Assembly: GCF_000315625.1 (NCBI RefSeq)
Contig: NW_005434614.1
Span: 440,820-504,819, forward strand
Direction of reading: 5' to 3'
Source of the DNA: Guillardia theta CCMP2712
Taxonomy: Eukaryota; Protista; Cryptophyta
Length of the DNA stretch: 64,000 nt
Position 1 is the first letter of the stretch; every line of letters starts with the position of its first letter. The notes beneath the pieces are model-generated. The model was not told where the DNA came from and searched no databases. It saw nothing but the letters and a program-made list of their open reading frames with translations. A program made the translations under genes and the position numbers. Positions 57,301 through 64,000 of the stretch are shown here, piece by piece.

Positions 57301-58554
57301 AGTTCAATACCAAAATTGGTGAAAAGTAAGAACAAATTAGGAACACAGATGGCTAAAGATTGCTTCATAAGATCAAGAACAAGATTCTGCGATTGCAGTC
57401 TTGCTTAAACAAACTTGTTACATCTCGAAGATTCGCTGACTTCAGGTTGTACTTGAGGAGATCCAAAACAGAGACATATGCACAGTTCAATCCAAACAGA
57501 CACCTCATATGAGCTCAAAACAAAAAGATATCCCCAACCTGGCTTTCGTCTCCAAAGGACTGTAAATCTTGTGCGGCGATTGGGGCATGAGCAGCCATTT
57601 CAATTCATCAGCACCGCTGAAATGGAATTCTGCAACCATATCAAACGGTGCTAGAAAGAAAGGTAGCAAGTGTGATGTTGACTCAAGAAATCTAAATTCC
57701 TCGCAAAATTTGATAGGGAGGAAAACAATTGCTAATGCCTTTCAAGCATTTACAATCTCATCCTGTTTGGATAGAGTACGATAAATTCTAGTTCTGCAAG
57801 CATCTTTACAGCTGTTTTGACCTCTTGGCCTTAGTTTCAACCGCCCAAAGAGGTTCCCTGTCAAAAAAATTCTCTCATTGAAACTCTACATGATCATTTG
57901 ATATTTGAGAAGTATTCTTTAGTAAAAATGTTTTGGACATTCAAACCAAGAACGGGAAAGTCACTCTTGCAACTCAAGGAGCGGTGGTTCCGTATGCATG
58001 TGTTTGATTCACTGCCTTATTCTATTCATGATTGTCATTTCTCTTGTATTCCTTGCTCTCTTTCCTCCTCTCACATGTTTCGTATTTCCCCCACATTCCC
58101 CGTGCACCCTTTCTCTCGATTCCACCCACCCCTTGAAAAACTCTACCCCCTTCATGAAGGTCTTAGAGTGGGTCATGCCCCCCTTTTAGGGCTGGTGCAA
58201 CGAAATGAGGGCAGGGTGGGTATCCGGCAGCCCAGAAAATTCTCTATTCACAATGTTTTGTTAAATCGAGGTGGTATTGGGTAAAATATCACTTAATTAG
58301 AACCCCTCCAAATCCTTCTGCCCGTTTCAAAAAAAAAAAGGCCGAATTAGATCTGGTTCTAATTAGCTCTCTGAGAACGGCCTGAGGACAAAATCAGGAG
58401 AGTCGAGGAGGCTTGACCCTGACACTGTCGCACTGGCCAAACGGCGAGAAGAGAAAAGACAGCGAGAACCAAACCCAATCCTGCCGACTACTGTCTCCCC
58501 GGCATACCGGCGAGCTTGACTGCTGACTCACTGACGGCGGTCAGGGCGTTTAGG

Positions 58555-58640
58555 AGCCCGGCGGCCGGCCCTTACTAAGAGCATGCTGACCTACGGCGCG
58601 TAGGTAGAGCGCAAGGGGACCGGAGAAGGCTGCGAGCAAG
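58555..58640 (+). mobile_element. Telomeric element copy A: left-end fragment only, preceded by degenerate AGGGCGTTTAGG
   Basis: Clear homology to 59043-59120 (GCCGGCCCTTAnTAAGAGCATGCTG..GAGCGCAAGGGGAC..GCTGCGAGCAAG). Confidence 0.75.
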
Positions 58641-58655
58641 TTCTTGGTCTCCTTC

Positions 58656-59023
58656 AACGCACTCTGCATACTCAGTCCTTCAACGCACCGTCGGCACTCT
58701 GCATACTCCTACAACGCGCTCTGCATACTCCTACAACGCACTGCCACTGCATACTCCTACAACGCACTGCCACTGCATACTCCTACAACGCACTCTGCAT
58801 ACTCCTACAACGCACTGCCACTGCATACTCCTACAACGCACTGCCACTGCATACTCAGGCTCCTACCGTACAACGCACTCTGCATACTCCTACAACGCAC
58901 TCTGCATATTCCTACAACGCACTCTGGCATACTCCTACAACGCACTCTGGCATACTCCTACAATGCACTCTGCATACTCCTACAGCGCACTCTGGCATAC
59001 TCCTACAACGCACTCTGGCATAC
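58656..59023. repeat. 22-26-bp minisatellite (GCATACTCCTACAACGCACTCT), ~16 units
   Basis: Visible tandem units with 22, 23 and 26 nt variants. Confidence 0.93.
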
Positions 59024-59042
59024 TTAGGGTTTAGGGTTTAGG
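59024..59042 (+). repeat. Interstitial telomeric repeat (TTTAGGG, ~2.7 units)
   Basis: TTAGGGTTTAGGGTTTAGG. Confidence 0.9.
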
Positions 59043-59616
59043 AGCCGGCCCTTAGTAAGAGCATGCTGCCCTGCGGCGCGTAGGGAGAGCGCAAGGGGAC
59101 TGGTGGAAGCTGCGAGCAAGAGGTTCGTATAGTTCTAACAGCTTTCTAAGCATGGTACTACAGTATGATGAGAGCGTTCGAAACCTGCTGTATCGGCGAT
59201 CATGCCAATACACTCAGGGTGAGCGCTCTGGAGGCCACGTCGAGGAGGCCGCCGACCTCGTCGAGAGGGTGAAGAACTTCACCAAGCGTTATCCGAATAG
59301 TCGGACAGCTTATGCTCCCGACGCTATCGCTGAAGCCATCCGCTCGACATGTCGGCAGGCGAGACGCGACCTGTTTGAAGACTCTCTGAGCGAATGGAGC
59401 TCAGAGTCGAGAGCATGGTTTATTCAACAGATGGAGGAGGCCAAGAAGCAGAATGTCGAGACATGGCATCGGCACCCAAGGCACCGAGGGGACCTCCTTC
59501 ATCTCCATGACTCTCCTAGGGATTTCCTCGATGTTTGTTCGACAAGAAGAAAAGTTGAAATCGAAGCTTATGGAGCTAGGTCTCATGGTAGACTCAGTCG
59601 ATGGAGTCGACAAGGC
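59043..59616 (+). mobile_element. Telomeric element copy B: diverged, frameshifted and right-truncated
   Basis: Encodes MVLQYDESVRNLLYRRSCQYTQ.. homologous to copies C and D; breaks off at ..GLMVDSVDGVDKA directly into TTTAGGG. Confidence 0.85.
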
Positions 59617-59644
59617 TTTAGGGTTTAGGGTTTAGGGTTTAGGG
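59617..59644 (+). repeat. (TTTAGGG)4
   Basis: Four perfect units. Confidence 0.95.
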
Positions 59645-59759
59645 GCAGCATGGCTCCTTGTCAGGGCAGCATGGCTCCTTGTCAGGTGTAGGGGAAGCCG
59701 CCAGGGCGCCAAGGAAGCTGCAAGCGAGAGGTTTGTATACTTCAAATAGCGTTCTAAGT

Positions 59760-61905
59760 ATGGTTCTTCAGTATGATGAAAATGTTCGCAACCTGCTGTA
59801 TCGGAGATCATGCCAATACACGCAGAGCGGACTTGTGGATGCCTCTGTCCTCGAAGCTGATCTTGTCGAGAAAGTGAAGAGCTTCGCGAAGCGTTATCCG
59901 AACAGCAGGACAGCCCAGGCTTGCAAGGCTGTGGAGGGATGCACCCCCGACGCTATCGCAGAAGCCATCCGCTCGACATGTCAGCAGGCACGACGTGAGC
60001 TTCTACAAGAAGCAATGACTGGATGGAGTGACGCATCCAGAGAGTGGTTTATGCAGCAGATTGAAGAAGCCAAGAAGGAGAAGGTCGAGACATACACCGC
60101 CACAGCAGGCAACGAGGTGACTTCCTTCATCTCAGTCCATGACTCTCCTGGGCATCTCCTCGGTGTATGTCAACCACGAAGAGAAGTTGAAGAAGAAATT
60201 TGAAGAGATCGGACTGATCGTAGACTCAGTGCAAGAGAGTAAAGCAATCATGTGGAAGGCTTTGTATAGACCCGAGATAGCGAGTGCTGAGGAGATCCCG
60301 GTGACTGTTTCCTTCCTTCGCAATGCACAAGCGGAGAAGCTCTGGCAGGGAAGAGAGGACTTCGCGATCGATGGTCGCAAGTTCACAGCTGTACATGTGA
60401 GCATCGTGCACGATCGATCTTTCAAGATTCGAGCCAAGAGAGGACCCTGGGGCAAAGGGGGCAGCTTGGCAGAGCTGACCCACCTGCTAACCTTGGGCGG
60501 CATGACAACAGCTGAGATAGCTGCCGTCTATCGCTATCAGCTGCTGCGCCAGTCCCTTGCAGCGGTCCAACTCCAGCCGCTGGCAGGCATGCTGGTCGCT
60601 GGGGCGCCAGGCCAGCAAGTCCACAAAGGCTTAGGTCAGAAAGGCTTCGTCGCTGTAGGGGCCAACGTCATCTGGAGACAGAGGGAGGTGGAGTGGATCG
60701 TCTCCTCGAGCTGCCCAGAGGCGAATGATACAGCATTTCGAGCTTTCCGAGAGAGCGAAGCGATGGAGGGAGTACACCTGACTCTGTTCAGCGAGGACCC
60801 GAAGATCAGAGAGGCGCTCGCAGTCGAGTTGACAGCTGATCGCTTTGTCTCTAGGAATAAGTTGAAGAAGGCATCAAGACTGCAGAAGAAGGCAGGCGGC
60901 AAGGACGGCAAGGAGATCAAGATCATCATCAAGTCGACGGCGGCATCTGGTCGCTTCACGAGGAAGGAGATGGAGGGGCTGTGCAACGGCGGCAACACGT
61001 CCATCGCAAGAGTCAAGAGAGTCCTGTTGGAGATCGCTAACAGGCTCGAGATCAAAGTTGAAGGCATCGACATGGAGGAGGATTTGAACACCAAGTCCTG
61101 GAACGGGTCCAAGCTATGCATCCTCCTCGGCTCCACGGAGGATGCTCGACGCATGATGAAGGAGCTGCCCTTCTATCTCGAAGGCGCAGCAACCAAGCTC
61201 GAAGCAGTCGGCTTCGACAAGGAGCCTGAGGCGGCTGGTCAGCGGGGCACCAGCGACACAGCGCAGCGACAGGAGGAGAGCGAGGGAGAGTGGCTGGAGT
61301 TTACAGACCTGGAGAGGATCACAATGGAGGCAGCATCTCCGTCAAGCCAAGAGGACATGCAGCTCGTCAGCGAGCTGTCAGCAGTCATCGAAGATGCAAC
61401 TTCTTTGAACGAGGCGGGGACGAGCGAGCCGATCAAGCTGGTCCTGGACAAGGCCGTTGGCAACCTCCACGACACCTTCTACTCTCCGGGGAGCCTGGAG
61501 TTCATGTCGCTGGGAGAGTGGGCGAAGACGCCAGAGGAGCAGGGAGTGGGACGCAACGCGCTCAAGGAGAAGCTGGGGAAGTGGCTGCAGAGCAAGCGCT
61601 GGACTCGCGTGCAAGGAGAGAGCAAGAAGGCAAGGAGGGGCAGCGCGTTCTCGCCACGGGCAACGGCAGCTGCTGAGCTTGAGCAGGAGGCGGAGAGCGA
61701 CGACATAGAGCGTCGATCTCTTAGCTTCCTGTTCATAGCACTGAGTAAATTCGCAGAGATGCATGTGCTGGCCTGCTCGCTGAAGGTGGACAAGAAGGAC
61801 CGACTGCGGGTGGAGATGAGGGAAGATGGCGAAGAAGAGGAAGACATGGAGGAAGAGCAAGGCGAGGGCGAGGAAGAAGACGGGGCGAGCCCGTACCGAG
61901 CTTGA
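59760..61905 (+). pseudogene. Element ORF (713 aa if repaired), disrupted by a 4-nt insertion near 60133; ORF1/gag-like, no RT
   Basis: Copy C reads ATCTCAGTCCATG where copy D reads ATCTCCATG. Removing 4 nt fuses the 59658 and 60139 ORFs. Confidence 0.8.
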
Positions 61906-61930
61906 GCTGAGCTCAAGGTAAGTAGAGAAG

Positions 61931-62144
61931 GTAGGAGGCGACCGAAGGCCAAGGTGAGGAGAGGCAACTCTCCTGACTGAGGCTGAGGAAGCTGAATGGA
62001 GGAGGAGTAGGTGGCGACCGAAGGCCAAGGTGAGGAGAGGCAACTCTTCTGACTGAGGCTGAGGAAACTGAATGGAGGAGGAGTAGGTGGCGACCGAAGG
62101 CCAAGGTGAGGAGAGGCAACTCTCCTGACTGAGGCTGAGGAAGC
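61931..62144. repeat. 76-bp tandem repeat, ~2.8 copies, in the element's 3' non-coding region
   Basis: Units start at 61931, 62007 and 62083. Confidence 0.93.
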
Positions 62145-62325
62145 CAAGAGAAGACAGCAGAAGTAGAGAGTAGAAAGACGCCTCAGAAGCAGGGTTCGCA
62201 TTGTAGGCCGTGTACTCCCAGTGCTCGAGCGCCTCTTTAGACTAGGATCAAACTGCAAAAGCCCACAACGAGGCCGAGCAACATTCTAGCATTCTAATAA
62301 ACTCACATAATAAAAATAATAATAA

Positions 62326-62398
62326 TAGGGTTTAGGGTTTAGGGTTTAGGGTTTAGGGTTTAGGGTTTAGGGTTTAGGGTTTAGGGTTTAGGGTTTAG
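62326..62398 (+). repeat. Telomeric tract TAGGG(TTTAGGG)9TTTAG
   Basis: Perfect Arabidopsis-type repeats with the G-rich strand on +. Confidence 0.97.
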
Positions 62399-63082
62399 AG
62401 CGCCGGTTATTTCAGGCAGCGCCGGTTATTTCAGGCAGCGCCGGTTATTTCAGGCAGCGCCGGTTATTTCAGGCAGCGCCGGTTATTTCAGGCAGCGCCG
62501 GTTATTTCAGGCAGCGCCGGTTATTTCAGGCAGCGCCGGTTATTTCAGGCAGCGCCGGTTATTTCAGGCAGCGCCGGTTATTTCAGGCAGCGCCGGTTAT
62601 TTCAGGCAGCGCCGGTTATTTCAGGCAGCGCCGGTTATTTCAGGCAGCGCCGGTTATTTCAGGCAGCGCCGGTTATTTCAGGCAGCGCCGGTTATTTCAG
62701 GCAGCGCCGGTTATTTCAGGCAGCGCCGGTTATTTCAGGCAGCGCCGGTTATTTCAGGCAGCGCCGGTTATTTCAGGCAGCGCCGGTTATTTCAGGCAGC
62801 GCCGGTTATTTCAGGCAGCGCCGGTTATTTCAGGCAGCGCCGGTTATTTCAGGCAGCGCCGGTTATTTCAGGCAGCGCCGGTTATTTCAGGCAGCGCCGG
62901 TTATTTCAGGCAGCGCCGGTTATTTCAGGCAGCGCCGGTTATTTCAGGCAGCGCCGGTTATTTCAGGCAGCGCCGGTTATTTCAGGCAGCGCCGGTTATT
63001 TCAGGCAGCGCCGGTTATTTCAGGCAGCGCCGGTTATTTCAGGCAGCGCCGGTTATTTCAGGCAGCGCCGGTTATTTCAGGC
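62399..63082. repeat. 19-bp minisatellite (AGCGCCGGTTATTTCAGGC), 36 copies
   Basis: 684 bp = 36 x 19; no variant units seen. Confidence 0.97.
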
Positions 63083-63174
63083 ACCATGGCTGCACGCGTG
63101 GTGTAGGGGAAGCTGCCAGGGCGCCAAGGAAGCTGCAAGCGAGAGGTTTGTATACTTCAAATAGCTTTCTAAGT

Positions 63175-64000
63175 ATGGTTCTTCAGTATGATGAAAATGT
63201 TCGCAACCTGCTGTATCGGAGATCATGCCAATACACGCAGAGCGGACTTGTGGATGCCTCTGTCCTCGAAGCTGATCTCGTCGAGAGGGTGAAGAGCTTC
63301 GCGAAGCGTTATCCGAACAGCAGGACAGCCCAGGCTTGCAAGGCTGTGGAGGGATGCACCCCCGACGCTATCGCAGAAGCCATCCGCTCGACATGTCAGC
63401 AGGCACGACGTGAGCTTCTGCAAGAAGCGATGACTGGATGGAGTGACGCATCCAGAGAGTGGTTTATGCAGCAGATTGAAGAAGCCAAGAAGGAGAAGGT
63501 CGAGACATACACCGCCTCAGCAGGCAACGAGGTGACTTCCTTCATCTCCATGACTCTCCTGGGCATCTCCTCGGTGTATGTCAACCATGAAGAAAAGCTG
63601 AAGAAGAAATTTGAAGAGATCGGACTGATCGTAGACTCAGTGCAAGAGAGTAAAGCAATCATGTGGAAGGCTCCGTATAGACCCGAGATAGCGAGTGCTG
63701 ATGAGATCCCGGTGACTGTTTCTTTCCTCCGCAATGCACAAGCGGAGAAGCTCTGGCAGGGAAGAGAGGACTTCGCGATCGATGGTCGCAAGTTCACAGC
63801 TGTACATGTGAGCATCGTGCACGATCGATCTTTCAAGATTCGAGCCAAGAGAGGACCCTGGGGCAAAGGGGGCAGCTTGGCAGAGCTGACCCACCTGCTA
63901 ACCTTGGGCGGCATGACAACAGCAGAGATAGCTGCCGTCTATCGCTATCAGCTGCTGCGCCAGTCCCTTGCAGCGGTCCAACTCCAGCCGCTGGCAGGCA
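63175..64000 (+). CDS. Telomeric element copy D ORF, intact so far and running off the window
   Basis: Open from ATG 63175 to the window end; near-identical to copy C but without the frameshift. Confidence 0.85.
   Translation, partial: MVLQYDENVRNLLYRRSCQYTQSGLVDASVLEADLVERVKSFAKRYPNSRTAQACKAVEGCTPDAIAEAIRSTCQQARRELLQEAMTGWSDASREWFMQQIEEAKKEKVETYTASAGNEVTSFISMTLLGISSVYVNHEEKLKKKFEEIGLIVDSVQESKAIMWKAPYRPEIASADEIPVTVSFLRNAQAEKLWQGREDFAIDGRKFTAVHVSIVHDRSFKIRAKRGPWGKGGSLAELTHLLTLGGMTTAEIAAVYRYQLLRQSLAAVQLQPLAG

Larger units (their letters stand above)
59645..62326 (+). mobile_element. Telomeric element copy C: apparently full length (~2.7 kb), single ORF, 3' repeats, AATAAA and (TAA)n tail
   Basis: Bounded on both sides by TTTAGGG tracts; ends AATAAACTCACATAATAAAAATAATAATAAT-AGGG. 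Confidence 0.85.

Noticed and set aside
59161-59195. Hammerhead-like TGATGA-GAGCGTTC-GAAAC in copy B
   Set aside because: The invariant C of CUGA is missing, copies C and D read GCAA instead of GAAA, and it lies in coding sequence. No convincing hammerhead was found on either strand of the element.
61378-62258. Minus-strand ORFs over the element's 3' end as a possible second (RT) gene
   Set aside because: They are shadows of the + ORF and the 76-bp repeats, with no RT motifs.
62399-63082. Regular short repeats resembling a CRISPR array
   Set aside because: There are no spacers and no cas genes, and the context is eukaryotic. It is a pure tandem repeat, as is 58656-59023.

Overview
Eukaryotic, intron-rich nuclear DNA. 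Short GT-AG introns, GCAGGA-filled introns and TTTAGGG repeats suggest a cryptophyte such as Guillardia theta; this is inference, not verified. From left to right: the 3' end of a probable GT-B glycosyltransferase; CYFIP/Sra1 with a long poly-proline tail; a coiled-coil gene spanning a 100-N gap; a Spen/RBM15/FPA-like RRM+SPOC gene with a CACGTG cluster upstream; three (b)HLH-PAS-like genes; a ~17.5 kb gene for a giant IPT/TIG-discoidin-RCC1-EGF type I membrane protein; a 2.1 kb segment bounded by perfect inverted repeats; two CaaX-ending TKL kinases; and PHYHD1-like, FAM210-like, PH-domain and RluA-type genes. The last ~5.5 kb looks subtelomeric and is the most striking part. It is a head-to-tail array of four copies of an element with one ORF and no reverse transcriptase. 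The copies are separated by TTTAGGG tracts and copy-specific minisatellites and become less decayed toward the right, which resembles a HeT-A/SART-like telomeric retroelement system. Exon boundaries were inferred by eye and no database searches were run.
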